Below, in pieces: positions 49,325 to 61,570 of a stretch of DNA of 64,000 nucleotides. Origin of the DNA: Octopus bimaculoides (Eukaryota); the NCBI RefSeq assembly GCF_001194135.2, contig NC_068982.1, positions 12,884,681 through 12,948,680 on the forward strand, read 5' to 3'. Numbering within the stretch: position 1 is the first letter of the stretch; every line of letters begins with the position of its first letter. The translations under genes and the position numbers were made by a program. The notes under the pieces were generated by a model. The model saw only the letters and a list, made by a program, of their open reading frames with translations. It ran no database searches and was not told where the DNA came from.

Positions 49325-49780
49325 GTATCGTAATGGCTAGGGTATTCAGCTCATGAGCATAAAGTCATCAGCTTGATTCTAAGTGGTGTATTGTGTCCTT
49401 AAGCAATACACTTCATTTCTCATTGCTCCAGGCTCATTTTGGCCTTAAGTAAGATACTTCATTTCTCATTGATTCAGATGCATTGTCTCCCTGAGAAAGA
49501 CACTTAATTTCTCATTGCTGCAGGCACATTGTGTTCTTGAGCAAGACACTTTCTTGTTGCTCCATTCCATTCCGCTAGCATAAATGAGTTGTGCTTGTGA
49601 TTCAAAAATGCAGCCTTGTCACACCCTAGGTCACACTAAATCTCCCTGAAAACTATACGCTGAGGTTATGCATATCTGTGGAGTACTCAGCCACTTGTTT
49701 GTTAATTTCACAGACAGATAGTTGTTAGGTTGATTGTATCAACTGGAACTCTCATCATAGCAGTCAATGGAGAGCTAAGC
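49325..49780 (+). mobile_element. SINE D-like element with a 46-bp internal module repeated about 3.6 times
   Basis: Modules in register at 49397, 49443, 49489 and 49535. Confidence 0.75.
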
Positions 49781-50289
49781 CACCAGGCTGACGAGTTTTT
49801 ATCTGAAACACTGAAGCACTCATTTCGACTTTGTCAGCATATAATGGTGCCTTAAAAATTTTGGCTGTTTTGTTAAGCTTAGAGATTATTTTGAGTTAAA
49901 ATCCAATTTTGTTTTGTTGTTGAGAAAATGTGGGTGCACATGTGTACATTAATTTGTGAGTTTGTGTGTGTACATGCATGGATGCATATGTCTCTGCAAT
50001 AGGCTAACTGTTTTTCCAGTGCCAACTAAATTAACATTACAAGTTCAATATTCCAAACATAATCATTATCAATAAGATATCTATTGAACAAATATATTGC
50101 ATTATAGTATTGTATAATTATGGGTTTTAAATCAAATTACATCTACATTAAGCTCAATGAAATTATAATCATTGAAGACTGAATGATATTAAAGCTCTTA
50201 TGAGCTGAATGCTGTTAAATTTATGGTAAATATAATGACATTGAAGCTATTTCAGATGTAATAATGTTCAATTTATTGCAAGCAGAATC

Positions 50290-50545
50290 ACATTATATTC
50301 GACCAGACGTTTACAAATGTTGAAGTAACATTAGAAATTCTAACAAATTAATGATGTTTTAGTTCTTATTAATTTACAAAATATTTGCTGCAAGATAGAT
50401 CTTTGGCTTAAATATTAGAAAATCTTGAAAACTAGGAAATAGAGAAAATATATTTGAAAAGATGCCATTCCAAATTGTTGAAGTCACTTTTCTCTAGGCA
50501 GAAAGAAATTTTAATTTCCTTAGAATTGATGGCACTGAAAAGGAA
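50290..50545 (+). pseudogene. Decayed hAT dimerisation-domain fragment
   Basis: QTFTNVEVTLEIL resembles TFPNVE.ALRIF; RCHSKLLK..LISLELM resembles RSFSKLK..L.SL.L. Confidence 0.4.
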
Positions 50546-53464
50546 AAAAAGAAAAATAGGAAGAAAAAAGCATGATGCCGTCTCCAGGAATTTTATAGAC
50601 TACTTAAGGTGAGTCAATACCAATTAGATGCAAGCATTAGTATTGTTATTATTTAAAAATTTTTTGTATCTCATCCAAATGATGGAATTGAAGTGGGTTT
50701 ACTCTTGGATAACAAATCAAAACCTGTGACTTTGACCATCTGAGAATCTTCCAGTGATCTTTACCATTCCTAACAAGCAGGCCAGTGGCATGTATTCTAT
50801 AAACTTCAGCAAACCAATCTTTTCATCAAATCCTTGGGCCTCTTCCTCCTCATTGTTCCTAAATCTTCAGCAACAAGGGTTACCGCCTTACTTTTTCTGA
50901 AACCCCACAATCTGCTTATCTTTCTCTTCAATCATGGTATATATCTTACCTTGTTGATTTTGTTAGCATGCTGGACAAAATTCTTGGTGGTATTTCATCT
51001 GTCTTTACATTCTGGGTTCAAATTCCACTGAGGTCGATTTTGCCTTTTACCATTTGGAGTCGTTAAAATAAGCATCACTTAAGTACTGGGTCGTCTGAGC
51101 ACTCGCCAGTGTACTCAGCCGGGAAATGGGTACTTAACTCTTCTCAGGGCAGCAGCATACGTCACAGCAGGGCTTAGAAACGAGAGAAACCAATCCCACC
51201 TAAGGCGTACTAAAACAGACAGTAGGTGGACATCCAGGAGTCATGACTCTGATGTGGCCCGATCCCCCCCCCNNNNNNNNNNNNNNNNNNNNNNNNNNNN
51301 NNNNNNNNNNNNNNNNNNNNNNNNNNNNNNNNNNNNNNNNNNNNNNNNNNNNNNNNNNNNNNNNNNNNNNNNNNNNNNNNNNNNNNNNNNNNNNNNNNNN
51401 NNNNNNNNNNNNNNNNNNNNNNNNNNNNNNNNNNNNNNNNNNNNNNNNNNNNNNNNNNNNNNNNNNNNNNNNNNNNNNNNNNNNNNNNNNNNNNNNNNNN
51501 NNNNNNNNNNNNNNNNNNNNNNNNNNNNNNNNNNNNNNNNNNNNNNNNNNNNNNNNNNNNNNNNNNNNNNNNNNNNNNNNNNNNNNNNNNNNNNNNNNNN
51601 NNNNNNNNNNNNNNNNNNNNNNNNNNNNNNNNNNNNNNNNNNNNNNNNNNNNNNNNNNNNNNNNNNNNNNNNNNNNNNNNNNNNNNNNNNNNNNNNNNNN
51701 NNNNNNNNNNNNNNNNNNNNNNNNNNNNNNNNNNNNNNCCTCCTCTTCCGCTCCCTCTTCCTCCTCCCCTCCCCCTCCCCACTCACAAAGCTTTAGTCCA
51801 CCGGAGGATATAGTAGAAGGTGCGATGCAGTGGGACAAAACCTGGAACCATCTGGTTGGGAAGCAAGCTTCTTACCACACAGCCACGCCTTTATATAATG
51901 TTTCATAAAGATGCCTGGCCTAGTGGTTAGAGTGCTGCACTTGTGATCACAAGATCATGGTTTCAATCTGCAGACCGGCAGAAGCAGGATGCAGAAGACA
52001 TATCAGTATGCAAAGGCAACCACGATTTTGCTCAGCTTGATGTGTCTTCCCAAACTCACCAAACCAGCAGAAGTCTCAGTACTGTGTTGATAAAGATATA
52101 TCTGATATTTTAAATCCTTAAAATTTTGTTAAAAAATTGTAAATGAACTGAACATGTAATAAAATGTATGAAAAGAAAATTTTGTGTGCCTAGAGTTTAA
52201 AAGCATTATGTACATCTGTTAATTAAATAATGTTTCTCGTCTTTAGAAATCTTGAAATATATTATAAAAGATGATATACTAATTGAATTATGTTTGTTTA
52301 AATAACATTATTTCATTTAAAATACGATGCTTTATTGAAAACATCACTTGTAAGTGAAATACAATTAAAACAGAAGTTGACAAAATTTGTGTAATGTAAA
52401 GTTTAAAAAAAAAATCATTTTTATATATTGTATAATTACAGGAATGACATTGTATATATGAATTTGTCTTTAAAACTGAGTGCCACCTTGGGGCGAGTAT
52501 CATCTTTGATTGTCTTGTGTTGACAAATATTTTGTAAACAAAATCTTGTAGACAGAAACTGTGCAGAAACCTGCTGGGTGTGTGTATGTGTACTCATGTG
52601 TGTATGTGTACTCGTGTGTGTATGTGTACTCGTGTGTGTATGTGTATGTGTATTTATATGTGTTTGTCTGTGTTTATATTGTTGTTTATATTTTGTCTCT
52701 TTAAATCTTTTANNNNNNNNNNNNNNNNNNNNNNNNNNNNNNNNNNNNNNNNNNNNNNNNNNNNNNNNNNNNNNNNNNNNNNNNNNNNNNNNNNNNNNNN
52801 NNNNNNNNNNNNNNNNNNNNNNNNNNNNNNNNNNNNNNNNNNNNNNNNNNNNNNNNNNNNNNNNNNNNNNNNNNNNNNNNNNNNNNNNNNNNNNNNNNNN
52901 NNNNNNNGTTGACAAATATTTTGTAAACAAAATCTTGTAGACAGAAACTGTGCAGAAACCTGCTGGGTGTGTGTATGTGTACTCATGTGTGTATGTGTAC
53001 TCGTGTGTGTATGTGTACTCGTGTGTGTATGTGTATGTGTATTTATATGTGTTTGTCTGTGTTTATATTGTTGTTTATATTTTGTCTCTTTAAATCTTTT
53101 AACTTAGCTGTACTACAGTGAAATTGATGTGGGGATTGGTGTGGTTGACTAAAACCATTGTGGCTGCAGTCAGTGCCCTGTATACATGTGTGTGTGTATG
53201 CATGTGTGTGTGTGTGTGTGTGTGTGTGTATGCATGTGTGAGTGTATATATATATTTTTATATCATCAGCAGCAGCAAAACCTAGAGCAATAGAAATATT
53301 AAAAAATGTTGCATTTATTGTTTCTCTTGAACGCCATCTTTACTCCTCTCTCAGTTAATCTTCCTTTTTTAAATTTAGATTCTATTCCTTGTGCTTTCCA
53401 CCCATAGGTCTACCATTACTGTTATAGCAATATTCTGACCGTCATTGACAAATGATTAATTTTA

Positions 53465-53670
53465 CCCTTTTGATACCAACTGCCTTCTGGCTCTGCAGTA
53501 CAAATGTCTTGTTTTTAAAAGTTCTGAATTAAAATCTTCCACCAAACCTTAGTCACAATTTATGTTCCTAACACTAGCTTAATGATAACTAAGTTATTTT
53601 ACTAAATTCTTTGTTATATTTAAAACTAACAGGAAGAAACAGAGCATCTCAACAGAAATATGGTAACAAA
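53465..53670 (+). mobile_element. piggyBac-type MITE, 3' end degenerate
   Basis: High similarity to 4798-5030. Confidence 0.75.
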
Positions 53671-54141
53671 TTGGCTAAGGTGGTGAGCTGACAGAATCAT
53701 CACCACAATTGACAAAATGCTTTGTTGCATTTCTTTTGACTTCACATTCTAAGTTCAAATTTTGTCAGAGTCAACTTTGCTGTTCATCCTCTGAAGGTCA
53801 ATAAAATTAGTACCACTCCAGCACAGGGGTCCGTGTAATCGACTTATGCACTCCCACAACATTGCTAGCTTTCTGCCGAAATTTGAAACCAGTATTCTGA
53901 TAGTTATTACAATATTAGCAAAATAAAGCTTTATCATTCATGTACAATGAGGTGAACAAACCAAAGTGCCTTTGTATTTCACTATTTTATAATTTTTTAT
54001 TTTTCTTATAAATATATTTTTTTTTAAGTTTAGAATGGACACATTCAGCAGTATCATTTTATATGCATTTTATATTATCTAAAAATTAGATGATATATAT
54101 GCATACATACACACATGTACACAGATAAATATGCATGCATA

Positions 54142-54189
<48 letters not shown>

Positions 54190-54190
54190 A

Positions 54191-54222
<32 letters not shown>

Positions 54223-54269
54223 AAAGCTGTTTTTTATTCTTNNNNNNNNNNGTTTATTTCCTTGTGTTC

Positions 54270-54305
54270 CTTTCTGTTGAAGAGCATAGGCTCGAAACGT
54301 AAAAG
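54270..54305 (+). ncRNA. Minimal hammerhead-like motif with a core variant (CUGUUGA)
   Basis: Stem I CUUU/AAAG, CUGUUGA plus A, stem II GAGC/GCUC, GAAAC-GUA. Confidence 0.45.
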
Positions 54306-54393
54306 ACTTTCTCATCTTCCCGAGTGTTAAACTAATACACCTGTTTGTTGTTTATACACTTGTCTTTGTCTTTTGTCTTTTTGTAAATTGCAG

Positions 54394-54436
<43 letters not shown>

Positions 54437-54663
54437 TTATGAGCAATAGTGGTGTCAATTAGACCCAGAGGTTTCAGGTAATGCTGAGTAAGTGCTATGG
54501 ATAGACCACAGTTAAGCTCCAGGTTCGGTGATTATGCAAATAAGGGGTCCATCGTAGGTCATATATCAACATGTGAATATAAGGATTTACTTTTCGTAAA
54601 GAGATAAAAGACCAAGGCTATACACAGCCTTGGTCTTTTATCTCATGACGAAAAGTAATTCCT

Positions 54664-54702
<39 letters not shown>

Positions 54703-54709
54703 ACATATA

Positions 54710-54858
54710 CACTCTCGGAGTGGTTAGCGTTAGGAAGGGCATCCACCTGTAGAAACTCTGCCAGATCAGATTGGAGCCTGGTGCAGCCTTCTGGCCTGCC
54801 AGTCCTCAGTCAAATCGTCCAACCCATCCTAGCATGGAAAGCTAATCGATGATGATGC
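54710..54858 (+). mobile_element. Family C 3' fragment after (TA)n
   Basis: Consensus match. Confidence 0.8.
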
Positions 54859-55270
54859 ATATAGTTTATATTCATTAAAAAGAAGAAGAAAATGGAGATT
54901 GGGAAGTTAATAATTGTTTATTGATAACAGGAAATTGGTCATTTTCACTTACAGCTGTTTTTTGCCTCTGATGATATTGTGCTCATGTCACATAAATGTA
55001 AATTTAATGTTTAATGAGTATTAATAGAAACAGCTGTAATAAACAATTAATAACTTCACAATCTTCATTTTCTTCTTTAAATGAATATAAACCATATGTT
55101 TTTTTATATATACCTATTATTTTAAGGAAATTCATTCCCCCAAAATATGAGGTATTGAACCAATATTTCTTTGGGGTGAAACCATCCCTTCATGAGGTTA
55201 ACACTACCTCTAATTAAATTATATATAAGATAATCAAGGTGGCTAGCAGCAATTTAAAGCCAATAAGGAA

Positions 55271-55393
55271 ATAATTCACCATTACTAAGATTGACAAGGG
55301 TGCAATGAGCACCAGCACTGCTAGAAATAACTCCTATTTCTAGCAACGCTGGTGCTCACTGCACCCTTGTCACTCTTGGTGATGGTGAATTAT
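55271..55393. repeat. Hairpin with 59-bp arms and 5-nt loop (MITE-like)
   Basis: 55271-55329 versus 55335-55393, 6 mismatches. Confidence 0.9.
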
Positions 55394-55796
55394 ATATAGT
55401 ATATAAATGTAGCATCCAACCATTCACCCTCGATAATATGGGAATTAGTTAAGAATATTTCACTAAGAATATCTTGGTTATCTGCTAATAAAAAAATTTT
55501 GAATCTTATGCGCTGTATTACAATACTGCTTTAGAGAGCAATGTTTTTTCCCAGTATTTTCAATAACTGGTGTATTTTCTATAACTTTAGGGAATGGGTT
55601 TTTCTTAAACATGAATAAAAAATAATTTCTATTATCTCTAAGGTAATAGAGATTATGTAAAGATTAAAAGATGTTTCTCTGAATTCCTTGTCTTTTTTTT
55701 TTTCATTTCCCAAATCTGTTCATGTATTTTCTGGTGTCATTGACGAAGAAGGATTTATCATGTCAAAATATATAGAACGTGAAAATAATTTAAAAG

Positions 55797-56357
55797 AAGA
55801 GCACTCAGAGAGCAGAAGCCTCCACCAAGGCAACACCAACATCCTCTCAATGATTAGCCAGAGATGATTTTTTAAAATGAGAATATCTGAAATAAACTCA
55901 ACTGCTCTCCAAATCCATCCGGCAGTTGAGATATCTTGTCCACAGACAAACGAACATGACCGAAAGCAATACCTCCACCTTTGGTAAGGCAGAGGTAACA
56001 AGAGCACTCAGAGAACACAGACCTCTATCAAAGCAACACCAATGTCCTCTCAATGATTAGCCAGAGGTGATTTTTAAAATGAAAATATCTGAAATGAACT
56101 TGACTGCTCTCACAAATGAGAATACTAGAAATGAACCTGACGACACTCAAAAATTAAGTAGAAAAACAGGAAAAAATATCTAGAATCCTTGTCCAGTACC
56201 AGATCGATCCCAAAATCTAATCAGTTCATGCCAATCATGAGGCCAAACATCTCTGAAAGTTTTATCTGAATCCATCCAGCGGTTCTTGAGATATCTTGTC
56301 TCCTGACAAACAAACATGACTGAAAACAATATCTCCACCTTTGCTAAGGTGGAGGTT
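55797..56357 (+). mobile_element. Head-to-tail dimer of Helentron-like elements
   Basis: Unit 1 (internally deleted) to 55998; unit 2 starts immediately at AACAAGAGCACTC; both end in the CCTCCACC..AAGG.GGAGGT hairpin. Confidence 0.65.
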
Positions 56358-56756
56358 ACAAGTTTTTTTCCTTTAAATTACCAAAAATTTTAAATCACAA
56401 TATGGAAATTGGTATTTGACCAACTTTACAAAGCAAGATGTACAAAATTATGGATTCAAGTCCAAAAGTTAAAGAAATTATTCTCATGCAAAGTAAAGTG
56501 GAAGCCTGATTTGTCTCTTGAATATTTCTTTATGTGATATGCCTGGAGCAAATTAACCTTACACAGTCAATCATTTACAAGTTGTACAAGAGAAAAAGAA
56601 ACTGCAAAACTGTAAACTTCATAAGACATTAATCAGTTTCACACTGCCTTCGCTACTTGCTCTGGTAGAATACGCTGAAACATGATATCTATATACTAGA
56701 GCCAATAAAGCAGCGTCTATGTGGTTGTTTTATGTGGTAGAAATAGCAGCCAATAA

Positions 56757-56900
56757 AGGCGTTGAGCTAGCAGAAACGTTAGCACACTGGGTGAAATGCT
56801 TAGCGGTATTTCGTCTGCTGTTACATTCTGAGTTTAAATTCCACTGAGGTCGACTTTGCTTTCATCCTTTCGGGGTCGATAAATTAAGTACCAGTTTGCA
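56757..56900 (+). mobile_element. SINE B 5' part and core
   Basis: Consensus match, interrupted by an RTE fragment. Confidence 0.8.
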
Positions 56901-57280
56901 CTGGTTTGGTCATGTGATATGGATGGATGCTGAGAGCTCCATAAAGAAGTGCTTAAACTAGATGGAACACGTGGAAGTGGGAGACCCAGAAAGACATGGG
57001 ACATAAGACCCACTGCAGAAGTGTTAAGGCTGCATCCCTTGGTGAAGAAAATTGGCCTGCAAGTACCACGTAGAAGTGCTCATGTGGTGCTGCATAAAAG
57101 CATCCAGCACACACTGTAGAGTGGTTAGCGATAGGAAGAGCATCTAGCTGTAGAAACCATGCCTAATCAAACTGGATCCTTGTGCGTCTCTCCAGCTTGC
57201 CACTTCTGGTCAAACTGTCCAACCCATGCCAGCATGGAAAATGGACGTTAAATGATGATGATGATGCTGATGATGATGAC
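56897..57280 (+). mobile_element. RTE 3' coding remnant running into a family C sequence and (GAT)n
   Basis: HWFGHVIWMD..SIKKC..GTRGSGRPRKTW, then the family C 3' region. Confidence 0.7.
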
Positions 57281-57624
57281 AACTGAATAGGGATTGCTAA
57301 TCTTGCTGTGGTATGGATGGGATTGCCACAACTGGAATGCTTTTTGATCATAGATTGCAACATGATTTTTATGGCAACAGCAATGTTATAAAAAAAATTT
57401 AATGTAATGTGATACTGAACTCAGTAACTGGCCCTTTTGATTTTTCTGATAATTCTACAAATAGGCAGAAGGGCTCTACCAAAGCCATTTCAATATCAAT
57501 AGACTTTTGCAAAGATTCTTTATGAATAGTTAATTCTAGGAAAAAAAAGAAAAAAGAAAAAAGAAAGAAAATTGGCCATTAGATGTTCTTTCTTAACAGG
57601 AGCTAGTAGAGCAGATGCTAAAAT

Positions 57625-57790
57625 TAACAAGCATATCTCTTTGACTTCATATGTCAGCAAGGTTATGGTGAGAATTATCATAGACAAACTGATTCTGCTA
57701 TTAAAGGAGAATGGCTTGTTGCTAAATGATATCTCAACAAGGTTTCCGCCTAAGCAGAAACTGCCTTACACAACTGCTATGGCTTTATGA
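57625..57790 (+). pseudogene. CR1/L2-type LINE RT N-terminal fragment
   Basis: ISLTSYVSKVMVRII..LKENGLL..(frameshift)QQGFRLSRNCLTQLL. Confidence 0.7.
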
Positions 57791-57992
57791 GTGAATGTTG
57801 AAGCAGCTACTTAACCAGCCAAACATAATATCCTAAGTTGATCATGAGATAATATACAACAGGCTGTATTATCTTGACGGAGTTGGAAAACTGGAAGAGT
57901 GGCAAGATAACAAGAATAGCTTCATGCAGGAACTCGACCTGTTAAAAATTAGCAACTGAACATCCCTCTAATCACGTCCTACTTAAAGAAGG

Positions 57993-58437
57993 ATATATTC
58001 TTTTCTACTCCAGGAACAAGGCCTGAAATTTTGGAGGAGGGGGCGGCCAGTCGATCAGATCGACCCCAGTATGCAACTGGTACTTAATTTATCGACCCAG
58101 AAAGGATGAAAGGTAAAGTCGACCTCGGTGGAATTTGAACTCAGAATGTGAAGACAGACGAAATACTGTTAAGCATTTCACCCGGTGTGCTAACGTTTCT
58201 GCCAGCTCACCACCATAAATATTCTTTTCTATTCTAGATACAAGGCCCGAAGCTTTTGGGGAGGGGGCCAGTTGATTAGATTGACTCCAGTACGCAACTG
58301 GTACTTAATTTATCGACCCTGAAGGATGAAAGGCAAAGTCGACTTTGGCAGAATTTGAACTCAGAACATGAAGACAGATGAAATATTGCTAAGCATTTCA
58401 CCCAGTGTGCTAACATTTCTGCCAGCTCGCCGCCTTT
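57993..58437 (-). mobile_element. Two tandem SINE B copies
   Basis: Units start at about 57993 and 58220. Confidence 0.9.
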
Positions 58438-58469
58438 TAAAGAAGTATATATTGTACAATGAAGGTACA

Positions 58470-58780
58470 TGACCTAGGGGTTAGATGGTTAGGCATGTTG
58501 TGCTCATGATCATGAGATTGTAGGTCTGATTCCTAGACCAGCTGTGCATTGTGTTCATGAGCAAGACACTTCATTTTGTGTTGCTCCACTCCACTTACTT
58601 GCAAATTGGTAACCCTGTGATGGCGTGGCATTCTGATCACGAGAAATGTTGGCCTGCTCGTTTAGTTAGTGGGATGGCATCATTCGAAAGCTACAGCAAT
58701 GCAAAGTGCATTGTGACTAGCGATGCTTAACAAGATCCAATAGTCTGGTCGATCACGTGGTCACATGATATTGTACAATA
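58470..58780 (+). mobile_element. SINE D, near full length
   Basis: tRNA-like head, TGTGTTCATGAGCAAGACACTT module, tail GATCACGTGGTCACATGATA. Confidence 0.75.
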
Positions 58781-59159
58781 AAGATGTGATAGCTGTCATT
58801 TGAAAGTCCGTGATTACGGATTTGTTCAATCAGAGTTGACCTGGGGCTAAACAGCTATTGGAAGTGTGGTTGGATAGGTCAATAAATATTTAGAACAGCA
58901 GAACTAGAAGTCATGTTAATCCTATCAAAAACGACTTGTTTCCACTGAGGATTACTGCTCCCTAGTACTGACCCTTGCTGAGTATCACAAATCAAAGAGG
59001 CTACATAAAAAAAGTTCCCCTGTGCAACAACTTAAGTCTGTAACACCTGTTGCTAATTATCACTTTTTGAGCATAGAGCCATGTGTTCCTATTTGTAAAT
59101 CTTGGAAGTGCTGGCACCAAACTTTGGAACCAAAAATATGAAAATTCCCAAACTGGGCA

Positions 59160-59552
59160 TATTACTCTTTTACTCTTTTACTTGTTGTGGCCATGCTGGA
59201 GCACCGCCTTTAGTCGAGCAAATCGACCCCAGGACTTATTCTTTGTAAGCCTAGTACTTGTTCTATCAGTTCACTTTTGCCGAACTGCTAAGTTACGGGG
59301 ACGTAAACACACCAGCATCGGTTGTCAGGCGATGTTGGGGGAACAAATACAGACACACAAACACACATATATGTATATATACATATATACGACGGACTTC
59401 TTTCAGTTTCCGTCTACCAAATCCACTCACAAGGCTTTGGTCGGCCCGAGGCTATAGTAGAAAACACTTGAGAAGGCGCCACGCAGTGGGACTGAACCTG
59501 GAACCATGTGGTTCATAAGTAAGCTACTTACCACGCAACCACTCCTACGCTT
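59160..59552 (-). mobile_element. SINE A, full length
   Basis: Complete head, internal (TA/CA)n and (AAAAGAGT)n tail. Confidence 0.9.
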
Positions 59553-60035
59553 GTGAAATTTTTTGTCCTTCTCTCACCCTGGTAAGGACCAGAAATTTTT
59601 TAGTCCCTTGACCCCAAATTTGCATGTAGTATACGTCAGAATTTTCAAGCTTTTCAGCAGACATTTTTTAAGTTGATTGGCCATGACTTTTACCCAGATG
59701 GAGCAGATCATATAAACAAAATTATCTACCAAAAAGATTATAAAAAAAATACATAGGACTTATTTCAAAATCTGTTTTATGCTAAAAATCGAGAGCGGGA
59801 GAGAGAGAGGGAGAGGGAGAGAGAAAGTGAGGGGAGGGAGAGACAGCCTGTAGGTGTCAGTAAATTTGGTTTCTCTGAGACATGAAAAAGTTCTGAGAAA
59901 AGATGAAGTAGTAAAGAAATGGCCTACAGCAGTAGAAAGAAGTTAATAGGTAAGGATAGAAAGTAGATGAGGTTACTACAATGAATGAAAGACGTAGGAA
60001 GTGAAGTGAGGGTGGTGAGGAAGGAGATGGTCGGA

Positions 60036-60321
60036 GAGAGAGAGAGAGAGTGTGAGAGAGAGAGTGAGAGAGAGAGAGTGAGAGAGAGAGAGTGTGAGAG
60101 GGAGAGAGAGAGAGAGAGATGGAGAGAGAGAGATGGAGATAGAGAGAGAGAGAGAGGAAGAGAGAGATGGAGAGAGAGTGAGAGAGAGGGAGTGTGAGAG
60201 AGAGAGAGATAGAGAGAGAGAGAAGAAGAGAGAGAGAGAGAGAGAAGAAGAGAGAAAGAGAGAGGAGAGAAGAAGAGAGAGAGAGAGGGGGAGAGAGAGG
60301 AGAGAAGAAGAGAGAGAGAGG

Positions 60322-60358
<37 letters not shown>
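60036..60358. repeat. Degenerate (GA)n purine tract
   Basis: About 320 bp, almost entirely A and G. Confidence 0.95.
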
Positions 60359-60360
<2 letters not shown>

Positions 60361-61169
60361 TGTTTGATACTAGTGTGATAAACTAATGAAATGTATAAAA
60401 TTACAATAAAATAAAATGGAAACAAAACCCTTTTTTCCCCNNNNNNNNNNNNNNNNNNNNNNNNNNNNNNNNNNNNNNNNNNNNNNNNNNNNNNNNNNNN
60501 NNNNNNNNNNNNNNNNNNNNNNNNNNNNNNNNNNNNNNNNNNNNNNNNNNNNNNNNNNNNNNNNNNNNNNNNNNNNNNNNNNNNNNNNNNNNNNNNNNNN
60601 NNNNNNNNNNNNNNNNNNNNNNNNNNNNNNNNNNNNNNNNNNNNNNNNNNNNNNNNNNNNNNNNNNNNNNNNNNNNNNNNNNNNNNNNNNNNNNNNNNNN
60701 NNNNNNNNNNNNNNNNNNNNNNNNNNNNNNNNNNNNNNNNNNNNNNNNNNNNNNNNNNNNNNNNNNNNNNNNNNNNNNNNNNNNNNNNNNNNNNNNNNNN
60801 NNNNNNNNNNNNNNNNNNNNNNNNNNNNNNNNNNNNNNNNNNNNNNNNNNNNNNNNNNNNNNNNNNNNNNNNNNNNNNNNNNNNNNNNNNNNNNNNNNNN
60901 NNNNNNNNNNNNNNNNNNNNNNNNNNNNNNNNNNNNNNNNNNNNNNNNNNNNNNNNNNNNNNNNNNNNNNNNNNNNNNNNNNNNNNNNNNNNNNNNNNNN
61001 NNNNNNNNNNNNNNNNNNNNNNNNNNNNNNNNNNNNNNNNNNNNNNNNNNNNNNNNNNNNNNNNNNNNNNNNNNNNNNNNNNNNNNNNNNNNNNNNNNNN
61101 NNNNNNNNNNNNNNNNNNNNNNNNNNNNNNNNNNNNNNNNNNNNNNNNNNNNNNNNNNNNNTATATATA

Positions 61170-61570
61170 TGGCATTAGGAAGGGCATCTAGCTGTAGAAA
61201 CTCTGCCAAATTAGACTGGAGCCTGGTGTTGCCATCCGGTTTCACCAGTCCTCAGTCAAATCGTCCAACCCATGCTAGCATGGAAAGCGGACGTTAAACG
61301 ATGATGATGATGATGATGATGATGATGTGTGTGTGTGTATGTGTGTGTGTATGTATGTGTATATGTTTGTGTGTCTGTGTTTGTTCCCCCACCTTTGCTT
61401 GACAACTGATGTTGGTGTGTTTACATCCATGTAACTTAGTGGTTTGGCAAAAGAGACCAGTAAGTACTAGGCTTACAAGGACTAAGTTCTGAGGCTGATT
61501 TGTTTGACTAAAGGCGGTGCTCCAACATGGCCACAGTCAGATGACTGAAACGAGTAAAAGACTAAAAGAA
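61170..61570 (+). mobile_element. Family C 3' end, (GAT)n(GT)n, then SINE A 3' half
   Basis: Same nesting geometry as 15418-16078. Confidence 0.8.

Noticed and set aside
50489-50536. Minus-strand exon after a very strong pyrimidine acceptor (AINSKEIKISFCLEK)
   Set aside because: The opposite strand is better explained as a hAT dimerisation-domain remnant followed by an A-rich tract.
53316-53410. Minus-strand frame TYGWKAQGIESKFKKGRLTERG as an exon
   Set aside because: Protein-like, but the acceptor lacks a pyrimidine tract and the plus strand has an equally plausible acceptor; not supportable.
9107-61297. Long ORFs containing X runs (e.g. 59976-61187, 38655-39368, 51243-51908)
   Set aside because: They are open only because they cross N gaps.
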